DNA of 64,000 bases from Octopus bimaculoides (Eukaryota), in contig NC_068981.1 of NCBI RefSeq assembly GCF_001194135.2, positions 90,753,813-90,817,812 of the forward strand, in the 5' to 3' direction. How positions within the stretch are numbered: position 1 is the stretch's first letter; each line of letters begins with the position of its first letter. Below are positions 14,205 through 61,476 of this stretch, piece by piece. Below the pieces are notes generated by a model. It saw nothing but the letters and a program-made list of their open reading frames with translations. It ran no database searches and was not told the origin of the DNA. Made by a program: the position numbers and the translations under genes.

Positions 14205-14818
14205 TTATTGAGTGAGAGAGCAGTGCATGCCATCAAAGTGACACTGGGGTAAAATATACGAAGCCCATTATACCCANNNNNNNNNNTAAAATATACGAAG
14301 CCCATTATACCCATCATGACTACCCGTCTGATAAGGGTACACCAGGCACATGCATCACAACCATATATGCGTGACCTGGTGATCACATATCAAGATAAAC
14401 AGTGCATGACCTCGTAGGTGGGGCCCAGTTAGAATTTTCTTCAGGTTGAGTAGCCCATCCTGCTCAAAAGGTCCCTGAATAAGGTTTGTTTAAGGATGTT
14501 GAATGAAACACCCATGTTTCCAAAGGTGAATTATCCAAACCCCAAAGAATTCCTCTCAATACATGGCTATGATGCTCCCCAAATACTTCTGCTCATGATC
14601 AGAGATGCACATATTGTCAACCAACAAGGGACATGTTCAACTGGTTAAAATCAAACGACTGACAAGCAAATCTGTGGTATTAAGCAGAATATTTGCTGTA
14701 GCCCATCTTTTATACCAAGACAAAACAATGTACATGATAACACTTCCAATCAATTAAGATCAACAGCCATGAGAGCCACTGCCTGGTATTGCATCTGGGC
14801 ATGGTACTGCATCCGGGC
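14205..14818. mobile_element. ~600-bp interspersed repeat, family D (gagtgagagagcagtgcatgccatc...), abutting (ATT)n
   Basis: Second copy at ~42905-43390 and a fragment at 41078-41105; both long copies start in (ATT)n. Class unknown. Confidence 0.75.
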
Positions 14819-14819
14819 A

Positions 14820-15244
14820 TGGCACTGAGCTGACAGAATCCTTAATACATCGGGCAAAATGCTTAGTGGTATTTTGCCGATCTTTATATTCTGAGTTCAA
14901 ATTCCTTCAAGGTCGACTTTGCCTTTCATCCTTTTGGGGTTGATAAAATAAGTACCAGTTGTGTTATGGGGTTGATGTAATCAAGTATCCCTTTCTCTCA
15001 CGTCTCAGGCCTTGTGCCTATAGTAGAAAGTATTATTATTATTAAGGCAGTGAGCTGGCAGCATCATTAGCACACCATGCTTAGTGGTATTTTGCCTGTT
15101 TTTATATTCTAAGTTCAGATTCCGCTGAGGTCGACTTCACCTGTCATCCTTTCAGGATCAATAAAATAAATACCAGTCAAATATTGGGGTCAGTGTGATC
15201 AACTCCCCCACCAAATTGCAGCCCTTGTCTCTATAGCAGAAAGG

Positions 15245-15245
<1 letters not shown>
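14820..15245 (+). mobile_element. Two tandem family B SINE-like copies (ggcagtgagctggcagaa...tagtagaaagg-(att)n)
   Basis: Same ~200-bp unit as the arrays at 36.7-37.6, 41.1-41.9, 52.0-53.8 and 57.0-57.5 kb. Confidence 0.8.
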
Positions 15246-15307
<62 letters not shown>

Positions 15308-16135
15308 TTGTATTTGTTTGGTGTCAGCACAGGCCATTCTGAGATGAGATGGTCTATTGTTTCATCAAATGTGTTACAAAATCTGTATTTAGGGTTAGAA
15401 CCATTTTGAAGAATGTTAGCCAGGTAGTTTTTGGTAAGCAAGCTGTGATCTTGTGCCGCCAATATGAAAGCTTCAGTCTCTGCTTTCAGTCCTGAGCTTC
15501 TCAGCCACTGATGGATTGTTGCTTGGTCAACATCAACATTTTGGCTTCGATGTATGTACTGTGCATGCAGAGGCTTCTGTCTCCACTATTCTTCAATTTG
15601 TTTCTGCCCATTCTTTATTGCAGTCTGTTTGATCTGTTTTGCTTGTTTGGTGACAGTGGTTTCAGGTTCTTCATCTAATTCAGGGGTTGATGCTGGGTTC
15701 CCTTGCAAATTTGCAAGCTTCCTTGACAATAAAATGTGATTTTTTACTGCTTTCCTGTTTGTACACAAGCCACAGCATCCACTTTACTGTACTAGATAAG
15801 TACTTGTTCATTGCTATTGTGGAGGTCTTATAACACAGTTCTGCCTGCATCATTCCTCTTCACCCTTTACTTCTAGGTAGGTACAGATGATCAATGTCTG
15901 CTTTTGAGTGGTGCATGTTCTTAGATGTTAGTAGTTTTCTTGTCTTCTTGTATAGGCGTTGAAGCTCTGTAGGATTCCAGTTAATGATGTCAAAACTGTA
16001 TTGGACTACTGAAAGTGCCAGGGGGTTAATGGCTTCGATGCGATTTTTGGAGTTCAGTTTTTAGTATGAGTCTTACTCTCCTGTAATACTCCTTTCATAT
16101 TTTTCCTTCATAGTAGTATGCTGTATACCATATCC
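15308..16135 (-). mobile_element. R4/Dong-like (RLE-type) non-LTR retrotransposon ORF remnant
   Basis: The - strand gives KEYYRRVRLILKTE..., INWNPTELQRLYKKTRKLLT..HHSKADIDHLYLPR and WRQKPLHAQY..HQWLRSSGLKAETEAFILAAQDHSLLTKNY..RFCNTFDETIDHL (post-RT region and degenerate CCHC knuckle). Frameshifted; ends in (ATT)n. Confidence 0.8.
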
Positions 16136-16394
16136 TTCATTGGCACAAGAAATGGCTACACATGTGCAAATGGAAAAGTGCTTGCCTGAAATACATGCAG
16201 ATATAGATTTATTACTTGGACCTGACAATTCAACACCATAAAGTATAATTTCTGAACAAAACCCTCACAGTAAATCATTTCATTGTCTTCTAGAGGAATG
16301 AAGAATTTGTCCTCTTTCCCATATATTTTGAAAGATGGAAAATGAAGGTGAAAATATCTGGTGTGCTACTAGATCTGGGTATCTGGTGGGTTGT

Positions 16395-16773
16395 GGAGGT
16401 GCAATGTCCCAGTGGTTAGGGCAGCGGACTCGCGGTCATAGGATCGCGGTTTCGATTCCCAGACCGGGTGTTGTGTGTGTTTATTGAGCGAAAACACCTA
16501 AAGCTCCACGAGGCTCCGGCAGGAGATGGTGTCGAACCCTGCTGTATTCTTTCACCACAACTTTCTCTCACTCTTACTTCCTGTTTCTGTTGTGCCTGTA
16601 ATTCAAAGGGTCAGCCTTGTCACACTGTGTCACGCTGAATATCCCTGAGAACTATGTTAAGGGTACACATGTCTGTGGAGTGCTCAGCCACTTGCATGTT
16701 AATTTCATGAGCAGGCTGTTCCATTGATCGGATCAACTGGAACCCTTGACGTCGTAAGCGACGGAGTGCCAGC
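16395..16773 (+). mobile_element. Young tRNA-derived SINE with 14-bp target-site duplication
   Basis: A-box-like tgtcccagtggt and B-box ggtttcgattcc. atctggtgggttgt occurs at 16381-16394 and 16774-16787. Second copy at 48516-48836. Confidence 0.9.
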
Positions 16774-17539
16774 ATCTGGTGGGTTGTAATGTGTATTATG
16801 TTGAAAGGGAGTGACAGCCTGGATGTAAAAAAATTATAGACAGAAAAATTGGTCCAGAATAGGAATGGAAGTCCTATTACAGGTGAAACCAGAACACTTG
16901 AAAAAGATCCTAGATCTATTGCAACTGCTAAATGGGGTAAAACTCCATGTTATGGTAGAAGGTAGATGACCCAAGTGTTATATATATATGTAATGATGCC
17001 AACCACCTGAAAGCCTTCTGCCTACAACAGAATGTGAAAGTATGAAGGCCCCCATTGTTTGTGATGCCACAAATACAACTACAACAACAACAGCCAACTA
17101 TACCAGCAGGAACAGTACCAGAAACAATAACAACAATTACAAAACTTCTATCACTACAAGTAGCCACAGCAGTAGCAGCAAATACAAGAAGAAAAGAAGT
17201 TCTGATGAAAAGAGCAACAGAACTCCTCATGACATATGCACATATACATATATCTATGCTAGATGGAAATACGTATGTTAGTGTATGTGTTTATCTTTTG
17301 GCAATGAAACTGAAGAACTAGATTTTATGAATGAAGTTCCTTGAGATATTTGCTCTGTATTCAGTTATAGACCATCTTTGTGTTATTTTCACATTCAGAA
17401 ATACAGTGAATTGGTGCTTCGCCAAATTGGTGTACAGCTAACAATGCTTTTTTTCACAGTTTGTAATGTAAAAAAAAATTAAATTAAAAAGTTAGAAAAA
17501 TACTAATGTTAACCCTTTTTTTTTTCCCTGTATTTCCAG

Positions 17540-51713
<34,174 letters not shown>

Positions 51714-51731
51714 TTCTAAAGATATTATTGA

Positions 51732-51768
<37 letters not shown>

Positions 51769-52190
51769 TTTTTTTTTTTAGTAGTGTTATTATTACTATT
51801 ACATTAGGATGGCAGATTGGTAGAATTGTGGGAGTCAGAAAAAATGCCTTGCAGTATTTTGTTTGCTCTGTTACTTTCTGGGTTCAAAATCCTACAGGTG
51901 TTGCCTTTAGCTTTTGTAAATAGAATAAGTATCAGTCAAATAATGAGGTTCGATTTATTCAACTATATCTCTTCTCTCAAAATTTCAGACCTTGTTTTAT
52001 ATATTAGAAACAATTATTATTATTATTATTATTATGGTAGCATGGGCAGAATTGTTAGCATGCTGAGCAAGATGCTTAGCAGCATTTCGTCTGTCTTTAC
52101 ATTCTGAGTTTAAATTCTGCTGAGGTCAACGTAGCCTTTCATCCTTTCAGAATTGATGAAATAAGTACCAGTTACGCACTGGAGTTGATA

Positions 52191-52281
52191 CATTATTTAC
52201 AATTAATGGATATTTATCCTCATCTTGTTTGTGTTAACGACAAATAAGATGAGGACAAATATCCGTTAATTGTAAATAATG
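52191..52281. repeat. 91-bp hairpin (42-bp arms, 3 differences)
   Basis: 52191-52232 matches the reverse complement of 52240-52281. Confidence 0.88.
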
Positions 52282-52314
52282 TAAATAATGTACATAATTC
52301 CTCATCTCTTTATA

Positions 52315-52501
52315 TAGAACTGGAGTTGATGTAGAACTGGAGTTGATGTAGAACTGGAGTTGATGTAGAACTGGAGTTGATGTAGAACTGGAGTTGATGT
52401 AGAACTGGAGTTGATGTAGAACTGGAGTTGATGTAGAACTGGAGTTGATGTAGAACTGGAGTTGATGTAGAACTGGAGTTGATGTAGAACTGGAGTTGAT
52501 G
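52315..52501. repeat. Perfect 17-bp minisatellite (tagaactggagttgatg) x11
   Basis: 187 bp = 11 identical units. Confidence 0.97.
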
Positions 52502-53009
52502 TAATCAACTAGTTCTCTCCCCGCAAATTTCAGGTTTTGTGCCTATAGTAGAAAGGATTATTATATAAGCAAGGTAGCAGAATTTCTTGTGTGCTGATCA
52601 AAATATTTTGTGGCATTTCATCTATCTTCATCTTCTGAGTTCAAATTCTGTTGTGGTTGACTTTGCCTTTCATCCTTTCGGTGTTGATATAATTGGCTAG
52701 CATCCCTCTCTGTTCCCAAAATTTTAGGCCTTGTACTTATTCTAGAAAGAATTAGTATTATTAATGTTATGTTTATTCTTGCTATGATAAGGGTGGTAGA
52801 TGACAGGCAATACCAGAACACCAGGCAAAATACATTCCAGTATTGAGCTACATCTCCTTAACATTCTGACTTCTTCAAATCTTGCCAATTCTGACTTCAT
52901 CTTTCACATTCTAGATAGCTGACGAAATAAGAACCAGTCATTCTTTCTCCACAAAAGAGTTTTGTACCTAAGTTAGAAATCATTATTACTGATGGAAAAA
53001 ATTTTATTA

Positions 53010-53067
<58 letters not shown>

Positions 53068-53280
53068 GGTTACAAAGAGTGGCGAGCTGGCAGAATCATT
53101 AGCACACCATACAAAATGCCAATAAGCATTTTGTTTATGTTCTGAGTTCAAATGATGCTGACTTTGCCTTTCATCCTTTTGAGGTCAGTGAAATAAGTAT
53201 CAGTTGAGCACTGGGGTTGATGTAATCAACTAACACCACCCTCACCAAAAATTTCAGGCTTTGTGCCTATAATAGAAAGG

Positions 53281-53312
<32 letters not shown>

Positions 53313-53774
53313 GGCAGTGAGCACTAGTTAGCAATCTGGATGAAATTCTTAGTGGTATTTCGCCCGCCACAATGTTCTGAGTTCAAATTCCACCAAGGTT
53401 GACTTTGCCCTTCATCCTTTCAGGGTCGATAAAATAAGTACCAGTTGCACACTTGGGTCAATGTAATCAACTTATCCTCACCTCCCTCAAGCTGTCCTTA
53501 TGGCAAAAGTTTGAAATAATAATAATAATTATTATGATTATAATTATGATTATTATTATTGAGGCACTGAGCTGGCAGAACCATTAGCACAATGGGCAAA
53601 ATGCTTAGTGGTTTTACATCTGCTGCTACATTCTGAGTTCAAATTCTGCTGAGGTCAACTTTGCCTTTCATCTGTTTGGGGTCGATAAAATGAGTACCAG
53701 TTGAGTACTGGGGTTGATGTAATTGACTAGTGCCCTCCCCCAAAATTTCAGGCCTTGTGCCTATAGTAGAAAGG

Positions 53775-53808
<34 letters not shown>

Positions 53809-56800
53809 GTGTGACTGCCATTATTTTTGTTGTTATAAGGGCATTAGATTGTGAGTATTACTAAAGCATTGAACAAAATGCTTTGTTAAATTTTGTTATT
53901 GCCCCTTACTTACTGAGTTAAAAATCTAAGCTTCCTTTCAACCTTCCAAATTCAATAAAATATGTACCAGTTAAATATTGAGGTCAATTTAATCAGCTGT
54001 TTCTGCTCTTGGAAGTTACAGCCTTTTGCCAATGTTTAAGATATTTTTGGTATCGTTAGTATTGTTTTAATTATTATATTTTTTATTATTAATAAATTAT
54101 ATATTTTAGCTTCTTGCATATTTTTTCATTGCATTTGGATTGTCAACAAAATTTTGTGCCTTAACAAAAAAGTAAAAGTTAAAAAAGAAAAAGAAAAAAA
54201 AGTAAAAATAAAAAGTAAAAATAAAAAAAAGCAACCACCCTCCTCAAAAGAATTCATGGAATATCATTTTTAAGAATTTTATTTTCATTATCATAAACTG
54301 CTATTTTTATAATTGCTATTAATAACTGTTGTCATAATATGATTATAACTGGGTAAGAAAATCATCTTCCAACAACAGAAGAGAATTGTATTTTATTGAA
54401 GAGGTGTTGTTGATTTAATGATGAAAGTACCAACTGACTTACTGCCTGGATGTTTATTGTTGTATGAAAATCAAAGTTGGGACTGTTATAGCATGTTTTT
54501 CAGTAACATCACAAAACAATTCTGTTGGCTTGTTTTTTTTTTAAATGTGACAATGTGTGGGTGAGTTAGCTCCTTTATATCTCTTGTAGGTGCCAGCATG
54601 ACTATGTGGTTTATGTTTGCCTCATGGTCACTTGATATCTGCATCCTGAGCAGATATCTTCTATCACATCTTCAGCTTAATGTAAATTAACTTGGGTAGA
54701 AGAAACTGTGTTGAAACCTATTGATTTATTGTCTGATAAGTTGTGGTTTCTGCTCCTTTCCCCTCCTATCCATTCTTGATGGCCAAGGAAAGCTTATGGC
54801 CCTGCTTCATCTTATCCATAGACGTAAAATTAAAAGGAGCATTATGAAGAATTCCCATTTTCTCTTATTACCAAAATGCTTCTGATGGAGAGAATGTTTT
54901 TCCTCTTCTTCCTAGGCTTGTTTGTTAATTTCACCTTTATTTGCTCCAGGTTAAGCCACTAAAACAAGGTCTCATTTTTGCATCTATTATTTAATTCCCA
55001 TGTGATAAAGCAATAGAACAAATTACCAGAAAGTTCAAAATAGAAATGCAGTTTTATTCTTTGGGCAAAACCTATTATGAGATTAAGGCTTTTGGTAAAA
55101 GCAAGAACATCTCAACAACCTACTTATCTATTCCAAATCTCTTGCTGATGATATAATTAATAGTTTTTTAGTTTAAGCCCATGTTAATCATAATAAATTA
55201 GATCCATGATCAAAGGTATTCTAGCAATGACTGTCTTGTCTTTTTGTAGATCAAGGATTAGTTTGTTTAATGTGACTTACTTTTGAGATAAATTTAACTG
55301 ATATTTTTTGGAGGTTGCGCAGCCACATGGGGGCTTCGTCCAGTTGTGGCTTTTCTATTGAATCTTTTCCCCCTAAATTACCATCATCATTTCATAAAAA
55401 AACCCCCATAAGGTACAAAAAAATAATTACTGAAAATATCACAAACATCAATGAAACAAAGCAATAACAGCTACAATAATATATTAAGAGGGTGAAAGAT
55501 TCACAGAATTATTAGTATCAGGGGTAAAAATGCCTTGTCAAATATGCTCCAATCTTTAATGCTCTGAGCTCGAATCTTTCTGAGGTCAGTTTTAGCTTCT
55601 ATTTTTTTGCAGTTGAAATAAAGTATCAGTCAAGTGTTAGGATTGATGTAATTGATTGATACCCTCCCCTCAAAATTGCTGGCCTTCGTTCCAACCCATG
55701 CTAGCATGTAATACAGTGATTAAATGATGTACCTAAGTTAGGAAAAAGCTATTAACTGCATTTTTGTTTTCCCTTGAGACTAGAGAGTTACACTCTCTTT
55801 CCTCTTCAATAATCTGACACTGAGCAGTGAAGTATGACAATTAGCAAGTCTGCATGTTAATAGCTCCAGTTAATAATTCATCTATCCACACAATCTAGTA
55901 CCTGTCTAGCTGTGCACTTGTCTAAAGGTCTGCCTAGTCGCAAAGTCTCTAAGTCTGATGTTTAGTTATTGAACTGTCTGCCTATCTTAATTATTTTCAA
56001 CCTGCCTCTCACATAACCACACAATGTCACCACTCACCACGTAGGGAGACAATGTACATGAGAGCAACAGAGATAAGACGATTAGTTATGTGGAAGTTGA
56101 TGTTGTTTTAAAGCTGCCATTTGACCTGACCTTCAATTTTAAGAAAATAAATTGCTTGGGATCAAATGTCAGGCTTTTCTGTAAAGGTGGGATAGACCAA
56201 TCTTATTAGGAGGAAGTGGGAGAGAGAGAGAGAGAGTGAGAGAAGAGAGTAAAGTGAAAAAAGGAAGGAAGAGTAAGAAACCCAGTGAATGGTAGAAAGA
56301 GGCAGAGAGGAGGCATTTACTGACGAATAGGTATGAGAGGAGTTGAGATATTAATACTAACTGGTGGGAAGGGAAGGTAGACAATAGATGCCCTGTAACT
56401 GAACCATGATGGATGTGGGGTGGGGGGAAACTTACTGTGTAGAGAAAGTAAAAAGGTGTAAATTAGCTTCCAGTGAATTGATAATAGTAATTGGGATATA
56501 CTGAGTGATGGGAGAGAGAGATAGGGAAAGAATGGCAACCTAACTATAACACCTCAACATTAACCAGTAATCTAGACAGATAATTTAGGTACCCCATCCT
56601 CTCCCTTAGTCTGTTGCACGTCAGACCTATTGGCTTAAAGGTCAATGGTTCATGTTCTGTTAATAACTCTGTGTCTATGGCCAAAATGCTAAATTCTTGT
56701 TACCATCACCATCATGTTATCAAGTATACTATCTTTGTTTTAACAGTGATTTCAGTGGATCTGAGCAATGGCTAACAACTATTTGACTCCATTCTTGCTT

Positions 56801-57049
56801 TCAATCATTGTTACTGTCCTTGAAAGCATATTCACATCATAATTGTATGCCTTACTTATCTGTTATCCTTCAGTTTTAACTTGGAACTGGGAATCCTTTT
56901 TTTTTTTGTTTTAATATTTTGTTGCTCATTACATTTACCTTTGTCTGATTCACAATATCTATTTCTTGATTATTCACCAATTAATGTGTTACAGTAATGT
57001 ATGGACTTGTAGAATATTACATTAAATGCGTTGCAATATTAGAGCATTG

Positions 57050-57490
57050 GAAGGCAGTGAGCTGGCAGAATCATTAACATGCCAGGCAAAATGCTTCGTA
57101 GCATTTCATCTGTCTTGACGTTCTGAGTTCAATTTCTACCAAGGTCAAAATTTGCCTTTTATCCTTTCAGGGTCAATAAAATAAGTACCAGTTGAATAAT
57201 GGGGTTGATGTAATCAACTTATTCCTCCCTTGAAATTGCTGGCTTTGTGCCAAAATTTGAAATCAGTATTAGAACATTGTAAGTTAGTGAGCTGGCAGAA
57301 TCATTAGCATGCTGGACAAAATGTTTATCAGCATTTTGTCTGTTTTTATGCTCAGAGTTCAAATGCTAGCAAGATTGACTTTTGTCTTTCTTAATTTGGG
57401 GTTGATGAAATAAATACCAACTGAGCACTAGGGTTGATGTAATTTACTTAGCTCCTTCCCATGAAATTGGCCTTGTGCCAAAATTTAAAA
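57050..57490 (+). mobile_element. Two tandem CpG-depleted family B elements
   Basis: Units at ~57051 and ~57287. Confidence 0.8.
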
Positions 57491-59640
57491 ACAATATTAA
57501 AGCTTTGTCTCTATTTGGCCCCAAGTTTAAATCCAACTGAGATTGATTGCTCACCTTGCCTTTCATTCTCTTGAGAGCCTGTAATATAAATTGACTTATA
57601 TTCCTGCGCTCCAAAATTTGGTTAGCTGGGTCATGACATCTGTGGTATAGTATTTGATTTGCCCATGCTGACAGAGAGGTGTATGAGTATTTGAAAGATT
57701 CATCATTGTGATAGCTAAAAGTCAGGTGGGGATTCACATTCCCTTTCTACACATGCAGTAAAGTAACGGTAAGTAGGACAACTGGAAATGTATGGGGTAG
57801 TAAACTATTACCAACTGCTCTTAGCAGTTGCAGAATATTTTTGACACCAAATTGTAAAACTGCCAGACTCATTGCTTCATCTTTTGGTGGAATATTTTCT
57901 TTCAACTTTTATGGAACCAGATTAACCTTCGATTTGATTTGAGAAGAATTTGTTATTTCTTAATTAAAATTCATTTGGTAAGGGAATTGGGTATAATGAA
58001 TTCTATGAGCACTAGTATCTTAATGGTACATAGTTTATTACCACAAGTGAATCTGTAAATGCTGAGCAACTAGATATCTATCAGTATGCTTGTCTACTCA
58101 TTGGTTATAACCTTTACTAAAATTTTCAGTTTTGGTTATTGTTAGAGGAACTCCATAATTGTTAAAAAACAGAATTCTCTCTGTTTTAAACTTTCCAAAC
58201 TTAAAAGAAAATTTGTCAAGACAAAGACTTGATTGTTGGTTTATATGAATTGTTCCTGTTGTAGGTTTTCTTTTTTTTTTTTTTTTNNNNNNNNNNTTTT
58301 TTTTTTTTTTTTTTTTGCTATTCCTCGAATTTACTTGCATCTTCATTAGATCTAGGTTTCTTGTTTTAGCATACATGGTTTCCTCCTCTCTTTCCCTACA
58401 AGTCCAAGAGGGCTGGCAAGGGAAAAGGCCTCCCTATTCTTTCTATATGGAGGAACATAGCATAGTGGTTAGGGTGTTGCACTTACGATTGTAAGATTGT
58501 GGTTTTAATTCATGGATTAGATGATGCATTCTGTTCTTGAGCAAAATTCTTCATTTCACATTATTCCATCCTCACAGCTGGTAAAGCGAGTTATCCTGCA
58601 ATGGACTGGCATTCCATCCAGTGGGAAGAATATGTTTGCCATAGAATCTAGGAAACTGGCCCTATGAGTCTATGTGACTCAGGAAAGACCATTGATTCTT
58701 TCTTTGAGTAAACCATTAAAAAATACTGTACAACTTGTCAGAGAGGAATGATGATATATGAAGTGAGAAAGACTAGGATTCAATACCTCCACCCCTTTCC
58801 TTTTTTCATCGTTTACAATTCCTACTATATTTCATTATATGGGGTACTACAGATATTCAACATGAAGAGATAGCTCATGTTTGGAATTTAGTAATAATGA
58901 AAAATGTCAGTCCATATGCATTTTAAGTAAAAAAAAAAAAAAAGAAAAATGAAACTATAGTATGAATGTTATGTGAATATATTACAATTTCATTGCTTTA
59001 AAAAAAATTTTAAACATATTTCTTTTCACCCCTCCCCAACAGAAAAAATTTCAGAAAATAAAAAAGAACACCTTACTAAATTTTATATTTTATTATTTGA
59101 ATAAAAAAAATAAAAAAAAAGCTAACGGTAATACATCCTGCTGAAATATTTGAGAAATGGTTAATTCATATTTCATATTTTAACTTCAATGCCAACATTT
59201 TCTTGCATTTCTATTTTGCCATTTTGATTATATGTAATGTTCCAAGTATTAAATGTTAATATGAAACATTTGTCGTTTTGTCTTGTTCTTCAATATTTAT
59301 TGAGTCTAAACAGCTGTCATATGTTGATCCTGATAAAGATTTTCCTTTTTATATAGAAATAGAGGCGCTTTTTCGTTAGTAATCTGCATACCAAATAAAT
59401 GAATGAAAAGCAAACAAAAATATCCATGAATTTTTATGGATACATTTACAATATAATAATTCGATTTTATTCAAAAATTCCTTTGTATAATAATTGCCCT
59501 TAGTTTTCGAATAAATTTTCCCTAGTTTTAATTTGAATGCATATTTGATGGTTTCCACGAGTTATTTCCCTTAGATCTTAGCACTGCTAAATTAGTCAGA
59601 AATGCTATCTGCATGAAAGTACTTAATTGATATTGGCTTC

Positions 59641-59850
59641 AAATTAAAGCGGCGACCGAGCAGACTCGTGACAACGCCGGACAAAATGCTTTGTGACGTT
59701 TCGTCCGATTTTACATTTCGAGTCCAAATTTCGCCGAGGTCGACATTGCCTTTCATCCTTTCGGGATCGATAAAATAAGTGCCAGCTGAACACCATGGTC
59801 GATATAATCGACTTCTCCAACCCCACCCCACGAATTGCTGGCCATTATAA
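59641..59850 (+). mobile_element. CpG-rich family B element
   Basis: Same unit as other family B copies; 17 CpGs in 59641-59820. Confidence 0.8.
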
Positions 59851-60245
59851 TTTATAGGAACCTTGTAAGTTTGAATCTAAACCGGTCATGGGCAAAATGT
59901 GGTCCACAGTCCTTTCTGAATGGTGCGCCTGAGCCATGTTATACACTGCTAGCTTCTTGAAAACGGCTGCACATGTCTTAAGCATTGTTAGCTTAATGAA
60001 GCAGTTATGTACTTTTCTAAACCTCCCAGATTCTTGAATACTTTCACAATTTGTTGAAAGATATAGGCAAGGCATTGTTGTTTCGTAAGAAGTTTGCTTC
60101 CCAACCACACGGCTCCAGTTTCAGTCCCACTGTGTGACATTCTGGGCCAGTGTCTTCTAACCAAAGCCACGTGGGTGGATTTCGTAGACGAAGACTAAAA
60201 GAAGCTGGTCATAAAATATAAAATAATAATAATAAATGTGTCCTT

Positions 60246-60484
60246 TTAAAGCCTAGCCAGGATTATGGGCCCGGTTTCCCGGTTTCAATGGCGTATGTGT
60301 TCCCCAGCTGGACGGGACGCCAGTCCATCGCAGCGTTACTCATTTTTGCCAGCTGAGTGGACTGGAGCAACGTGAAATGAAGTGTTTTGCTCAAAAACAC
60401 AACGCGTCGCCTGGTTCAAGAATCAAAACCACAATCTTAGGATCATGATGCTGACACCCTAATCACTAAGCCACGCGCCTCCAC
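60246..60484 (-). mobile_element. Family E SINE, tail type iii
   Basis: Same core; tail tgcgatggactggcgtcccgtccagctgggg..gaaaccgggccc. Related copies at ~48985-49210 and 58455-58690 (+). Confidence 0.8.
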
Positions 60485-61430
60485 TTCGTATATCATCGTT
60501 TAACGTCCGCTTTCCATGCTAACATGGGTTGGACGATTTGACTGAGGACTGGTGAAACCGGATGGCTACACCAGGCTCCAATCTGATTTGGCAGAGTTTC
60601 TACCGCTGGATGCCCTTCCTAACGCCAACCACTCCGAGAGTGTAGTCGGTGCTTTTACGTGCCACCAGCACGAAGGCCAGTCAGGCGGTACTGGCAACGG
60701 CCACGCTCAAAATGGTGTATTTTACGTGCCACCTGCACAGGAGCCAGTCCAGCAGACACAGGCAGACAGGCAAACAGACTGGCAGACAGACTTTTACTAT
60801 TTTACGATTATGGTGTTATTCCTTTTCGTGAATAAAATCTATAAGGTTATATCTATAAATGATAGACGCATATTTTTTAACAAGCTATGAAATAGTAAAT
60901 TATTCTAAATGGTTTTACTATAAAATAAAAGCTAAAAATAAAAAGAGAAATGGATTAGAATATTTATAACGGTAGACAAACCTAACATTATATTATGAAA
61001 TTATTTACGTTGTACAAAAGTTATCTCCCTTGTAGCACAAACCGATATCGCCTCAATAACCAACACCTCGCCTGATTAAAAAATGTGGTAGTCATTCCTG
61101 GTATGTTTTTCTTTTCTTTTTTTACCATAAATATGCCAGCACACTGAAAGCTAACCTAAAGTAAACAACGGCAGAAGACGAAGAACGAACCTTTTCATCC
61201 TTACGTTCTTTTATTCGTTTATTTGTTGCAGTCATTTCACTGCAGCCGTGCTGGGATACCATCTTCAAGGGTTTTTTTTTGTTGTTGTTGAACAATCGAT
61301 ACCAGGACTTATTTTCTAAGCCTAGTACTTATTTTATCTGTTTCTTTTGCCAAACCGCTAGATTACGTGGACGTAAACACGTCAGCACCGATTGTCGAGC
61401 GGTGATGGGAGAACGAATACAGGCGAAGAG

Positions 61431-61476
<46 letters not shown>

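Larger units (their letters stand above)
52045..53770 (+). mobile_element. Cluster of five to six family B elements directly 3' of the rhomboid stop codon
   Basis: Units near 52045, 52565, 53075, 53313 and 53560, each ending in (ATT)n. Confidence 0.8.

Noticed and set aside
14248-14315. 27-bp direct repeat (taaaatatacgaagcccattataccca) on both sides of a 10-N gap
   Set aside because: Typical contig-overlap artefact; the other family D copy has it once.
16395-16470. tRNA gene
   Set aside because: The tRNA-like head continues into a SINE body with a TSD and has no poly-T terminator or complete cloverleaf.
16928-17321. Overlapping Thr/Asn/Ser/Gln-rich ORFs just upstream of exon A
   Set aside because: Decayed CAA/CAG low-complexity sequence; the nearest donor (gtatgt) gives the wrong phase for exon A.
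52315-52501. CRISPR-like or coding interpretation of the 17-bp array (ORF 52302-52508)
   Set aside because: No spacers, eukaryotic context; the ORF is just the repeat read through three frames.
57556-58376. Possible - strand mini-gene: MYAKTRNLDLMKMQ|gtaaat plus a 24-nt exon ALKRMKGK|gtgagc
   Set aside because: The 24-nt piece sits in a decayed family B-like sequence, no further exons or homology are visible, and the peptide is uninformative.
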